A stretch of DNA of 64,000 nucleotides from a virus. Its lineage: Duplodnaviria; Caudoviricetes. Location of the stretch: positions 32,001-96,000 of IMG/VR virus record IMGVR_UViG_3300028048_000069; one strand, written 5' to 3'. Of the stretch, positions 19,536 through 29,066 are shown one piece after another; positions within the stretch are counted from its first letter, which is position 1, and the number at the start of each line of letters is the position of its first letter. The notes beneath the pieces are model-generated. The model saw nothing but the letters and a program-made list of their open reading frames with translations. It was not told the origin of the DNA and did not search any database. Both the position numbers and the translations under genes were made by a program.

Positions 19536-19624
19536 GGAAAGGTGGCAGAGTGATTTATTGCACCGCTCTTGAAAAGCGGCAACGGAGATAACTTCGTTCG
19601 TGGGTTTAAATCCCACCCTTTCCG
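19536..19624 (+). tRNA. tRNA-Ser(TGA)
   Basis: GGAAAGG/CCTTTCC-G; CCGCT-CTTGAAA-AGCGG; long variable arm. Confidence 0.92.
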
Positions 19625-19638
19625 TTTTATTTATATAG

Positions 19639-20493
19639 ATGATAACTAAAGCAATAATAAACTATGGAATGGGCGATGCACTTAATGCTAGAACATTCCT
19701 ATTAAATTATTGTAAGCAAAAGAAATTGCCTACAAGTTCAATATCTATATATACTTTAAAATATTGGTGGATGTTCGAAGGATTAGGATTTAGAAGAAGT
19801 CTTAATAAAGATAGGTTTTTTAAATTGGTACCTTATAGAAATTTTGGAAAATATGATCTTCCAAAAATTTATAATGATAAGAAATTGGATTTATGTATCG
19901 CACATAATGCAGGCATAGATTTTAGTTTTGATTATATAGAATTTCTTCCAAAATATGAAGAACCTAATATAGATTTACCAGAAAAATTTATTACTTTTAA
20001 TACTGGTTATGGGGAATTATCAGGAAAACCACACGATTTAGGTTATGTTTGTACAAAATCCTGGCCTGTCGAATATTGGCAAAAATTAGTAGATTTATTA
20101 AAGATTCCTTGTGTACAAATAGGGGCTGGAAAAAGTTGTAGTATAATAAATAATACAGCCTTAAATTTAGTAGATAAATTAAATATTAAGCAAAGTGCGG
20201 AAGTAATGAGAAAATCTTTGTTTCATATAGATATAGAGGGCGGTTTACCTATATTAAATCAGCATTTAGGCGGAAAATCAGTAGTATTATTTGGACCTAC
20301 TGCTATAGAACAGCAAGGAAGAAGTTTTAATTTAAATTTAAGAGCAAATACTTGTACTCCTTGTTATGAGTGGGGAACAAACGATAAAAGTTTAGCAATG
20401 CTTAAAAAAGATTTACCTTGCAATGCTCATTGTATGAAGGATTTAAAACCAGAATATGTAGTAGATGAAATCTATAAGAACAAATGGTTATGA
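19639..20493 (+). CDS. Glycosyltransferase family 9 (heptosyltransferase-like)
   Basis: GMGDAL, KSWPVEYW, NLVDKLNI, IDIEGGL..L, VVLFGPT, CMKDL.PE.V GT9 pattern. Confidence 0.85.
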   Translation: MITKAIINYGMGDALNARTFLLNYCKQKKLPTSSISIYTLKYWWMFEGLGFRRSLNKDRFFKLVPYRNFGKYDLPKIYNDKKLDLCIAHNAGIDFSFDYIEFLPKYEEPNIDLPEKFITFNTGYGELSGKPHDLGYVCTKSWPVEYWQKLVDLLKIPCVQIGAGKSCSIINNTALNLVDKLNIKQSAEVMRKSLFHIDIEGGLPILNQHLGGKSVVLFGPTAIEQQGRSFNLNLRANTCTPCYEWGTNDKSLAMLKKDLPCNAHCMKDLKPEYVVDEIYKNKWL

Positions 20494-20951
20494 ATAAAAT
20501 TAAAAAATTAGGCGATATTTTAACAGTAGTTTTACCAATAAGTATAATTCCGATAATTTTATGGTTAAATAATTGGAAATCACTTATTGTTTTTGCAATT
20601 ATTTATGGGTTAGGTAATTTAATTGTACAAGTATTAAAGGGCATTTTTGACGAACCTAGACCTAGAGAAACAGTTGGCGACCATGTTATTTATGTACATG
20701 GATATAGTCATAATGATGGGGAGAGTTTATGTTCTGGCCACGCTATGAGTGCTTGTCTACCTGCTTATTTTAGTTTATTCTTTATTAAGCCATTTTGGGT
20801 GTTTATACCATTTTTATTATTGGCTTGGCTATGTGGTTGGACAAGGATAAAAGTAAAAGCACATTGGTTTTTAGATGTGTTTCTATCAAATTTAATAGCA
20901 TTTAACTGTTGTTTATTAGTGGCCTATATTTATTTTAAATTATTAGTATAA
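20484..20951 (+). CDS. PAP2-family membrane phosphatase (lipid A or undecaprenyl-PP phosphatase-like)
   Basis: KxxxxxxRP, SGH and TRxxxxAHWxxD motifs; hydrophobic helices. Confidence 0.88.
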   Translation: MVMNKIKKLGDILTVVLPISIIPIILWLNNWKSLIVFAIIYGLGNLIVQVLKGIFDEPRPRETVGDHVIYVHGYSHNDGESLCSGHAMSACLPAYFSLFFIKPFWVFIPFLLLAWLCGWTRIKVKAHWFLDVFLSNLIAFNCCLLVAYIYFKLLV

Positions 20952-20969
20952 TATATATAAATATTTGTT

Positions 20970-21042
20970 GCCGAAGTAGCTCAATTGGCAGAGCACTCGC
21001 TTTGTAAGCGAATGGTTGAAGGTTCGATTCCTTTCTTCGGCT
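20970..21042 (+). tRNA. tRNA-Thr(TGT)
   Basis: GCCGAAG/CTTCGGC; TCGC-TTTGTAA-GCGA; TTAGTATAATAT at 20943. Confidence 0.92.
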
Positions 21043-21108
21043 AATAAAATTTAATAACTGTAACCTCATCATACCTCCTACAGTTATTATGCAACAAGAG
21101 AACTAAAC

Positions 21109-21140
21109 AAGCCAGACTATTTTATAGTCTGGCTTTCTTT
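21109..21140 (+). terminator. Intrinsic terminator
   Basis: AAGCCAGACTAT-TTT-ATAGTCTGGCTT followed by TCTTT. Confidence 0.75.
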
Positions 21141-21157
21141 AGTATAATATATAATAT

Positions 21158-21499
21158 ATGATGGATATTCGAAATCCAATTGAATTTAGCGCGATGCTAA
21201 CTAGTCTAAAACCATCTGTAATTAGTTCAACTTTATTACTAATGGAAATGATTAAAGATAATAAATCAGAAATAATAATAGATGAAGAAGACTCACATAA
21301 TATTGTCGCTTTGCTTATGTATAATGCTATGATAAATGAAACTGTAGATTATAGTATTTTAGATGATTTTGATTTTGCTAAAGATGGTAAAATAATTTTA
21401 AAGAATGATAATAAAGATAAAGTTAGAGAGCACATAGAATTTTTGTTAAACTATATGTATTATCGAATAGAAGTTCCTATAGATATAGCAGTTTGTTAA
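21158..21499 (+). CDS. Hypothetical protein
   Basis: 113 aa ORF after TTAGTATAATAT (21139). Confidence 0.6.
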   Translation: MMDIRNPIEFSAMLTSLKPSVISSTLLLMEMIKDNKSEIIIDEEDSHNIVALLMYNAMINETVDYSILDDFDFAKDGKIILKNDNKDKVREHIEFLLNYMYYRIEVPIDIAVC

Positions 21500-21927
21500 A
21501 AGGAGAATTTATGAGTAGAATATTAGAACATGCAAAAGAAGAATTAAAATATGCAGGAATGAATATTAGTGAAGAAGGCTGTAATCCTAAAAATCCAAAA
21601 GATCCAATGGATGGTTATGTAAATGCATGTGCTAAAAATGCAATGGAATTATTGGAAGTATTTGTAAAAGCAGGACATAGTGGAATGTCAGCAGAAATTA
21701 CATTAAATATTTTTAATAAACTTGCTAGACAAGAAAATTTAACTCCTTTAACAAATAATCCTGATGAGTGGATCAATTGTGGAGATTGGCTTAATAATAC
21801 GTATCAAAGTAAAAGAAATTGTTCTTGTTTTAGTGACGATGGATTAAAAACATATCATAACCTTAATGAAAAGGAACCTAGAAAAAATTATCCATTGGAG
21901 GATTATAAAAAATGTATTTCAAAGTAG
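21493..21927 (+). CDS. Conserved phage hypothetical protein
   Basis: HAKEEL...GHSGMSA...LTPLT..PDEW...QSKR pattern familiar from phage hypotheticals; true start probably the ATG at 21511. Confidence 0.7.
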   Translation: MLKGEFMSRILEHAKEELKYAGMNISEEGCNPKNPKDPMDGYVNACAKNAMELLEVFVKAGHSGMSAEITLNIFNKLARQENLTPLTNNPDEWINCGDWLNNTYQSKRNCSCFSDDGLKTYHNLNEKEPRKNYPLEDYKKCISK

Positions 21928-22193
21928 ATAGAAAAGTTTTAAAGAAAGCATTAGTTTGGCTTAAAAGACAACCAAAAACTTACGTATTTGAAACAGATAT
22001 TTTAGATGGCGACACAGGTAAACCTACAGGTAATAAATATAGAGAAGATTTTCCTAATAATAATGATGAGTATATTGAACAAATAGAATTTGCGCTTTAT
22101 AAAACTAAAATGGATGAGTTTTATATTGATTATGATTTTGCTCAAGCAATTAGACCAGCATTATTAACTAAGAAGGCTAAAAAAGATGAATAA
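21912..22193 (+). CDS. Hypothetical protein
   Basis: 93 aa ORF with GGAGG RBS. Confidence 0.6.
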   Translation: MYFKVDRKVLKKALVWLKRQPKTYVFETDILDGDTGKPTGNKYREDFPNNNDEYIEQIEFALYKTKMDEFYIDYDFAQAIRPALLTKKAKKDE

Positions 22194-22317
22194 ATTTTAA
22201 CCACTGCGACAATTAATTTGTGAAGATTGCGGTACAAAATTTTTTGGTTTATATAATAAATATTGTACAAGTTGTATGCGAAAGAGAAAACAGTATAAAT
22301 TGGGAGATAAAAAATGA
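22186..22317 (+). pseudogene. Small Zn-ribbon gene with premature TAA at codon 5
   Basis: MNKF*PLRQLICEDCGTKFFGLYNKYCTSCMRK...; ends in ATGA overlap with next gene. Confidence 0.5.
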
Positions 22318-23399
22318 GTTCTACACCTTTAAGACTTAAAAAATATGGAGTTAGTTCAACAGGTTTAATTGCGCCTATCATTAGAGAAGGTGATGATATT
22401 GCACAAATAACTGTGAATGCTGTATTAAATGCTATTGATAATATTGAAGATGGGGATATTGTAGGAATTACTGAATCTGTAGTTGCTCGCGCACAAGGTA
22501 ATTATGTAACTATTGATGAAGTTGCTGAAGATATTAAAAGGCAGTTGAATAATCCTAAAGAAGTATTTTTAATAAAACCTATTTATTCTCGTAATCGTTT
22601 TGCAATGATTTTGAAAGCATTTGCTCGTGCAGTTTCAGAAACTGTGTATATCTATATGCCTTTAATTGATGAAGTTGGAAATGTATTAAGAAATCATCCT
22701 TTTACAGGTTTAAATTATGATGAATATTATAAGTCTATCGTAGAAGGAGAAGGTAAGAAATTTGTATTGGTAGAGAGTGATGCCGATTCGCACTTTGATG
22801 TTGTAAGAAGTGAAGTTCCTACAGTGAATTGTACTTTAAGACCAGATGAAATTGATGCGGAGATAGAATTTACATTAGCACATTTTTGTCACGATAAATG
22901 TGAATGGGGATTATTAGGATCTAATAAAGCAAGTGAAGAGAAATTAAAATTATTTCCATCAAAGAAATTTGCTAAAAAAGTAGTTGATTATGTAAGGGAT
23001 GAAATTTATTATAAAACTGGTAAAAGAGTAGAAGTAATGGTTTATGGTGATGGTTGTTTCAAAGACCCAGTAGGTGGAATATGGGAGTTCGCAGACCCAG
23101 AAACTTCACCTGCTTATTCTGAAGGTTTAAAAGGAACTCCAAATGAATTAAAATTGAAGAATTTGGCAGATGAAAAGTTCAAAGATTTAAATGGTGCTAC
23201 TTTAGGTATGGCTATTTATAATGAAATTGCTAATAAGCAAAAAGATTTAAAAGGTAATATGACTTCTCAAGGTACAACTCCTAGAAGATATGTTGACCTG
23301 TTAGCATCTTTAATGGATTTAACAAGTGGTAGCGGTGATAAAGGCACACCGATTGTTTATGTAAAAAGATATTTTGAAAATTTTGCTACGGAGAAATAA
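22314..23399 (+). CDS. Coenzyme F420-0:gamma-glutamyl ligase family (CofE-like) protein
   Basis: APIIREGDD, TESVVARAQ, YGDGCFKDP.G.IWEFADP, DLTSGSGDKGTP. Confidence 0.85.
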   Translation: MSSTPLRLKKYGVSSTGLIAPIIREGDDIAQITVNAVLNAIDNIEDGDIVGITESVVARAQGNYVTIDEVAEDIKRQLNNPKEVFLIKPIYSRNRFAMILKAFARAVSETVYIYMPLIDEVGNVLRNHPFTGLNYDEYYKSIVEGEGKKFVLVESDADSHFDVVRSEVPTVNCTLRPDEIDAEIEFTLAHFCHDKCEWGLLGSNKASEEKLKLFPSKKFAKKVVDYVRDEIYYKTGKRVEVMVYGDGCFKDPVGGIWEFADPETSPAYSEGLKGTPNELKLKNLADEKFKDLNGATLGMAIYNEIANKQKDLKGNMTSQGTTPRRYVDLLASLMDLTSGSGDKGTPIVYVKRYFENFATEK

Positions 23400-24452
23400 A
23401 TGACTAGAATTTATACCGAGCCACAATTAGATTTTTGTGATGTATTATTTCAGCCAAAAAGAACTACATTAAATTCACGAAGTGATGCTGATGTATTAAG
23501 AAAATATAATTTTAAGTATTACCCTTATATTTTGGAATCTTGTGGAATTATGGCTTCAAATATGGCTACCACAGGAACATTTTATATGGATGAAGTGCTG
23601 TCTAAATATAAAGCAATTACTTGTTTACATAAACACTATCAACACGATATTTTGGATTTATCCTTTAATGATTACAATCAGTTAATGTTTATATCTACAG
23701 GTCTTAAAGAAGATAAGAATAAACTATTCAGATTATTGGAATCCAATACATTTATAAACAAAGTCTGTATAGATATTGCAAACGGATATATACCTAAACT
23801 TATCGATTTAGTAAAGGAATTAAGAGATAAGTTTCCTGGTCTATTGATAATGGCAGGTAATGTAGTAACTGGTGATATGGTTCAAGATTTGATTTTAAAT
23901 GGCGCAGATATTGTTAAAGTAGGAATTGGACCAGGTAGTGTTTGTATAACTCGTTCTCAAACAGGAGTAGGCAGACCACAATTATCTACCATTCTTGAAT
24001 GTGCAGATGCTGCTCATGGTGTTGGTGGAATGATTTGTGCAGATGGTGGTTGTACTTGTCCTGGGGATATTGCTAAAGCATTTGGCGCAGGTGCTGATTT
24101 TGTAATGTTAGGTGGTATGTTAGCAGGTACAGACGAAGCCTCTGGAGAATTAGTGAATATTGATGGAAAATCTTATAAACAATTTTATGGGATGTCATCA
24201 AGATTAGCGCAAGTAAAACATTTTGGTGGAATGAAAGAATATAGAACAACCGAAGGAAGAGAAAAGTTAATTCCTTATAAAGGTTCTGCTAAAGATGTTA
24301 TTGAAGATATTTTAGGTGGTATTCGTTCTACTATGACTTATATAGGTGCAACGAGATTAAAAGATATTCCTAAATGTACATCTTTTTATACAGTAAATAG
24401 GCAATTAAATACAGTATTTGAAAATATGAAAGATATAGGGGGATGCAAATGA
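23400..24452 (+). CDS. guaC: GMP reductase
   Basis: DIANGY, AGNVVT, KVGIGPGSVC, ADGG, FYGMSS motifs. Confidence 0.93.
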   Translation: MTRIYTEPQLDFCDVLFQPKRTTLNSRSDADVLRKYNFKYYPYILESCGIMASNMATTGTFYMDEVLSKYKAITCLHKHYQHDILDLSFNDYNQLMFISTGLKEDKNKLFRLLESNTFINKVCIDIANGYIPKLIDLVKELRDKFPGLLIMAGNVVTGDMVQDLILNGADIVKVGIGPGSVCITRSQTGVGRPQLSTILECADAAHGVGGMICADGGCTCPGDIAKAFGAGADFVMLGGMLAGTDEASGELVNIDGKSYKQFYGMSSRLAQVKHFGGMKEYRTTEGREKLIPYKGSAKDVIEDILGGIRSTMTYIGATRLKDIPKCTSFYTVNRQLNTVFENMKDIGGCK

Positions 24453-24628
24453 CTTTATTGCAAGCATTAAACAATATAAACCCAGGTAATGTTATTAGTT
24501 GGGGAAATTCAGACGAAGTAGATTTTGTAGAAATATTTGTATTAGGCGATTGTTCTTTGAGATTTGCAGATTCTACAATGGAAATAAATTCAAAAAATAT
24601 AGGTTCAGATGGGTGGACAAGAAAATGA
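24443..24628 (+). CDS. Hypothetical protein
   Basis: 61 aa coupled ORF. Confidence 0.5.
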   Translation: MQMTLLQALNNINPGNVISWGNSDEVDFVEIFVLGDCSLRFADSTMEINSKNIGSDGWTRK

Positions 24629-24897
24629 AAGATAAACAAGAACTATTCGCCGAAAAAGTTAGAAAAATTACAAATGGAATAGCAGAACTTCTTATTGAAA
24701 AGAATAAGAGTTATGGTAATTCAGCATTAGAGCCTATAAATTGCTTTTATAAGGGTGATGCAGAAACCGCTATCAAAGTCCGTATAGACGACAAGTTATC
24801 TCGTATTATGCGCGGTAAAGAGTATAAGCAAGAAGATACCATTATGGATTTATTAGGTTATCTTGTTATTTTAAAAGTTAGTAAGGAAATGAAATAA
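24625..24897 (+). CDS. Nucleotide modification-associated domain 1 (DUF1599-like) protein
   Basis: KNKSYGNSA...VRIDDKLSRI...DTIMDLLGY. Confidence 0.75.
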   Translation: MKDKQELFAEKVRKITNGIAELLIEKNKSYGNSALEPINCFYKGDAETAIKVRIDDKLSRIMRGKEYKQEDTIMDLLGYLVILKVSKEMK

Positions 24898-25703
24898 TGC
24901 CTAAAATTGACCTTTATCAAGGTGATTGCCTAGCAGTAATGGATAAACTAATAGCCGAAGGGGTTAAGGTGGATTTGGTGGTTACAAGTCCACCATACGA
25001 TAATCTGCGAACATACAACAATACGCTGAATTGGAATTTTGATATTTTTAAGAATATAGCCAACAAGTTAAAAGACATTTTAGCAGACGGTGGTGTTATC
25101 GTTTGGGTGGTGGCAGATGCTACAATTAACGGGAGCGAAACAGGCTCATCTTTTAGGCAGGCATTATATTTCAAAGAAATTGGTTTTAATATACACGATA
25201 CTATGATTTATCGGAAATTGAATTATGTGCCATTAACACATAATAGATATGAGCAAGAGTTTGAATATATGTTTTGTTTTAGTAAAGGAAAGCCAAAGAC
25301 CTTTAATCCTATTAAAGTGCCTTGTAAATATGCTGGAACAGAAACTTGGGGTAATAGTTCTTTTTATAAAAAATCAGATGGCGAATTAGTAGATGTAGGA
25401 AAGAAAAAAGTAAATGATGAAAAAATAAAGGGAAATGTTTTTGAATATCGAACAGGAAGCGCAACCGAAAGTAAACAATATCATCATCCTGCTATGTTCC
25501 CATTAAAACTTGCACAAGACCACATAATTTCTTGGTCAAACGAAAACGACACCGTTTTAGACCCATTTATGGGTAGTGGCACAACAGGTGTGGCCTGCAA
25601 GATGTTAAACAGAAACTTTATTGGCATTGAATTAGATGAAAACTATTTTAAGATTGCCAAAGAAAGAATTGAAAATACAGTTGTGCCTAAAAGGTTATTT
25701 TAA
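24897..25703 (+). CDS. N4/N6 DNA methyltransferase (beta class)
   Basis: TSPPY before DPFMGSGTT; ends PKRLF. Confidence 0.93.
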   Translation: MPKIDLYQGDCLAVMDKLIAEGVKVDLVVTSPPYDNLRTYNNTLNWNFDIFKNIANKLKDILADGGVIVWVVADATINGSETGSSFRQALYFKEIGFNIHDTMIYRKLNYVPLTHNRYEQEFEYMFCFSKGKPKTFNPIKVPCKYAGTETWGNSSFYKKSDGELVDVGKKKVNDEKIKGNVFEYRTGSATESKQYHHPAMFPLKLAQDHIISWSNENDTVLDPFMGSGTTGVACKMLNRNFIGIELDENYFKIAKERIENTVVPKRLF

Positions 25704-28387
25704 TGGAAGCATATTTATCTCGCGGTAAGAAATTTATAGGAGATAGTATTATACTAAAGTTTGACTACGACCAAACTTTAGTTAATTTTGTTAAAGCACT
25801 TCCTTTAAGATTTTATGACCCAGATACAAAAACTTGGGAGATACCATTAGAGCAATTTCCTAGGTTTATTGATTTTTATAAAAAACCGATTACTCTACAT
25901 ATTTTTTATTCAAAGCCAAAAGATAAAAAAGAATTGGAAATACCTAGTGATTATAAATTTCCTTTTAATCCGTATCCACATCAATTAGAAGGAATTAAAT
26001 TTGGATTAAATCACGACAATTTTTTATTATCAGATCAACAAGGTTTGGGTAAAACAGTTCAATCCGCAACTATTGCTTGTATCCGTAAAAAGTTATATGG
26101 ATATAAACATTGTTTAATTGTATGCGCCATCAATGGTTCTAAATATAATTGGAAGAAGGAATGTGAGTTGTTTACTGAAGAAAAAGCACATATTCTAGGT
26201 ACAAGAACAACTAAAAATGGACACGAAGTTATTAAATCAAGTGTAGAGAAAATAGAAGATATAAATAATATTGATAACCTACCATTTTTTATTATTACCA
26301 ATAAAGAAACATTGCGAAATAAAGATATTATTAAGGCATTAGAAAAACAATCAGATAAAATAGATATGTGTATTTATGATGAAATACATATGTCTAAAAA
26401 TATTCAATCACAACAAGGTAAAGGATTATTAAAGGTAGATTGCGGATGCAAAATTGCTTTATCAGGTACACCAATTTTAAATAATCCATTAGATACCTAT
26501 ATGGTAATGAGATGGTTGGGATATGAAACCCATAGTATGACCGCTTATAAGCAAAGATATTGTGAATTTGGTGGTTATGGTGGGTATGAAATTGTTGGGT
26601 ATAAAAACATAAACGAATTAAAAGAAAGGTTTAGTGGTGTTCAATTAAGAAGATTAAAGGAAAACTGCCTTAATTTACCGCCAAAAATATATGAAACCGA
26701 ATATTTAGAATTATCTCAAAAACAAAGAATTTTATACAGTGAAGTATATAATGATATTGCCTTCAATGTAGATAATAAAGATTTAAGCCAAAACCCATTA
26801 GTTAGAACAATTAGGTTGAGGCAAGTTACAGCAAATCCAGCCATTTTGAGCGATAAAATAACAGATTCAGTAAAATATGATAGATGTATAGAGATGGTTG
26901 AAGAGTTAAGCAAAGAAGGCCGAAAATGCCTTATATTTAGCAATTGGGTAGATGTTATTAACCCATTGTATGTTTTACTCCAAAAATACAATCCTGCCCT
27001 AATAATAGGAGGAACAAAGGATATAGAGAAGGAAAAGAGCAAGTTAAATACAGACCCTACTTGTTCTTGTTGTTTAGGTACTATTGGTGCTATGGGAACA
27101 TCCCACACATTAACTGGGGCAGATACTGTTATATTTTTAGATGAACCTTGGAATAGAGGTACAAAAGAACAGTGCGAAGATAGATGTTTTTTGAAAGGTA
27201 CAGAAATTTTAACCCCTCTTGGTTTTAAATCCATAGAAGATATAAAAGTAGGGGATATGGTATACAGTGGAGATGGAAAAATTGTTAAAGTAAAAGATGC
27301 TTGGGTAACAAATTATAATGGAAATATTGCAAAAATAAAATTATGGGGGTCTAAAAAACCCATTTATTGTACAGAAGACCATAGATTTCTTGTTGATGGT
27401 AAGTGGATAGAAGCAAAACATTTATCTAAAGGTTCTATCTTATCATTTATAGAGAATAATAATAAAGACTATAATGATTTTATATATCCACCGAATTTAT
27501 GTAAATGTAAGAGAATATTTATAGGAAATAAAGGTCAATTAATTACAAATGGTAGACTTATAAATGCAAAGCCTATAAAAATAACTGATGAATTTTTATA
27601 TTTCTGTGGTTATTATTTAGGAGATGGATTTTCAAGAGTATCAGAGAGCGGAGGAAGTTGCATAGGTGTTTCAGGAAATACCTATAGTAAAATGGAAGCA
27701 TTAAAATTATGTAATAAATGGTTTAAACAAGTAGGACTTAAAACAAGTTATTTTAAATCAAAAAAAGACAAGGGTAATGAAATAAGGTCTTATAGTAGAG
27801 AATATGCTTTATGGTTTAAATATTTATTTGGCGATAACACTTATGAAAAACATTTTCCAGATTTTATTTATAAACTAAGTAATAGACAGTTAGAAATTTT
27901 ATTAAAAGGACTAAAAGATTCTGACGGTTATGTTAGAAAAACTCATCAATTTTCTTATTCAACCACTTCAAATAAATTATGTGCCAATGTATTATGGTTA
28001 TTATCTGTTTGTGGTTATAAGCCTTCTTATAGTTGGAGTAAAAGTTCAAAATGTTTTGTTTTAAATTGTATTTTAAATAAAGATTCTTCTAATTATAGAA
28101 TTAGAAGTGGAAAAATACGAAGTATAGAGTTTGAACATAAAAAAGATGTTGTTTATGATATTGAAGTAGAAGGAAATCATACTTTTGTTGTAAATAATAT
28201 CGTTGTCCACAATTGCCATCGTATTGGTACTAAAAATACAGTAAATATTATTACCTTTATTTGTAAAAATACTATTGATGAGAGAATAAATCAAATAGTA
28301 CAAGAAAAGGGTGAGTGGGCGGATTGTATTGTAGATGGAAAAGTTTTGAGAAAGTCCGAAGAAATTTTAAAGTTTTTATTATCGTAG
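25703..28387 (+). CDS. SNF2-family helicase containing an intein
   Basis: QGLGKT, DEIH, SGTP, EDR/CHRIG motif VI split by intein. Confidence 0.9.
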   Translation: MEAYLSRGKKFIGDSIILKFDYDQTLVNFVKALPLRFYDPDTKTWEIPLEQFPRFIDFYKKPITLHIFYSKPKDKKELEIPSDYKFPFNPYPHQLEGIKFGLNHDNFLLSDQQGLGKTVQSATIACIRKKLYGYKHCLIVCAINGSKYNWKKECELFTEEKAHILGTRTTKNGHEVIKSSVEKIEDINNIDNLPFFIITNKETLRNKDIIKALEKQSDKIDMCIYDEIHMSKNIQSQQGKGLLKVDCGCKIALSGTPILNNPLDTYMVMRWLGYETHSMTAYKQRYCEFGGYGGYEIVGYKNINELKERFSGVQLRRLKENCLNLPPKIYETEYLELSQKQRILYSEVYNDIAFNVDNKDLSQNPLVRTIRLRQVTANPAILSDKITDSVKYDRCIEMVEELSKEGRKCLIFSNWVDVINPLYVLLQKYNPALIIGGTKDIEKEKSKLNTDPTCSCCLGTIGAMGTSHTLTGADTVIFLDEPWNRGTKEQCEDRCFLKGTEILTPLGFKSIEDIKVGDMVYSGDGKIVKVKDAWVTNYNGNIAKIKLWGSKKPIYCTEDHRFLVDGKWIEAKHLSKGSILSFIENNNKDYNDFIYPPNLCKCKRIFIGNKGQLITNGRLINAKPIKITDEFLYFCGYYLGDGFSRVSESGGSCIGVSGNTYSKMEALKLCNKWFKQVGLKTSYFKSKKDKGNEIRSYSREYALWFKYLFGDNTYEKHFPDFIYKLSNRQLEILLKGLKDSDGYVRKTHQFSYSTTSNKLCANVLWLLSVCGYKPSYSWSKSSKCFVLNCILNKDSSNYRIRSGKIRSIEFEHKKDVVYDIEVEGNHTFVVNNIVVHNCHRIGTKNTVNIITFICKNTIDERINQIVQEKGEWADCIVDGKVLRKSEEILKFLLS
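27185..28213 (+). mobile_element. Intein with LAGLIDADG homing endonuclease (343 aa) in SNF2 helicase
   Basis: CFLKGT..., CTEDHRF, GYYLGDG, KGLKDSDG, ...VVHN/C. Confidence 0.93.
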
Positions 28388-28397
28388 GGGAATATAT

Positions 28398-29054
28398 ATG
28401 CCTAAAGATTGGGTTGGAAATAAAGCATCCACATTTAAGATGATAGCGGCCACAAACCATGCACCAGAAGGGTATGAAAGAGAGAGCAGAGATTTTTATG
28501 CTACAGAACCGAAAGCAGCAGAGTTATTATTAGAAGTAGAGCCGAATTTAACCAATATTTGGGAAAATGCTGCTGGAAAATGTCATCTTGCAAATGTATT
28601 CGAAAAAGCAGGTAAATTAGGTCGTAAATCAGACATTATAAATCGTATGGATGACCCAAATTTAGAAGTAAAAGATTTTTTAACTAGTAGTGGAAAGGGG
28701 TTATTAGGCAAAAAAGAAGTGTGGGATGGAGATATAGTTACAAATCCACCTTATGCATTTGCCCAAGAATGGGTAGAGAAATCTATAGAAACAGTTACCG
28801 AAGGTCATAAAGTTTGTTTGTTTTTAAAATTGACATTTTTAGAAGGACAAGCACGAAGGGAGATGTATAAGAAATATCCACCTAAAGTAGTGTATGTATG
28901 TTCTAGCAGAATATGTTGTGCTATGAATGGTGAGTTTGAAGTTGTTGATAAGAAAACAGGCAAAATGAAACCGATAGGTTCTGCAGTATGTTATGCTTGG
29001 TTTGTATGGGAAAAGGGGTTCAAAGGTGACCCAATAATTAAATGGATAAATTAA
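28398..29054 (+). CDS. N6-adenine DNA methyltransferase-like protein
   Basis: DFYAT, WENAAG.G-like SAM motif, VTNPPY, YAWFVW. Confidence 0.82.
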   Translation: MPKDWVGNKASTFKMIAATNHAPEGYERESRDFYATEPKAAELLLEVEPNLTNIWENAAGKCHLANVFEKAGKLGRKSDIINRMDDPNLEVKDFLTSSGKGLLGKKEVWDGDIVTNPPYAFAQEWVEKSIETVTEGHKVCLFLKLTFLEGQARREMYKKYPPKVVYVCSSRICCAMNGEFEVVDKKTGKMKPIGSAVCYAWFVWEKGFKGDPIIKWIN

Positions 29055-29066
29055 AGGACTGATTTT

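Noticed and set aside
18424-24897. Putrescinyl/glutamyl-thymine hypermodification pathway
   Set aside because: No dUMP hydroxymethylase, 5-hmdU kinase or aGPT-Pplase seen; ThyX and dUTPase point to ordinary thymine.
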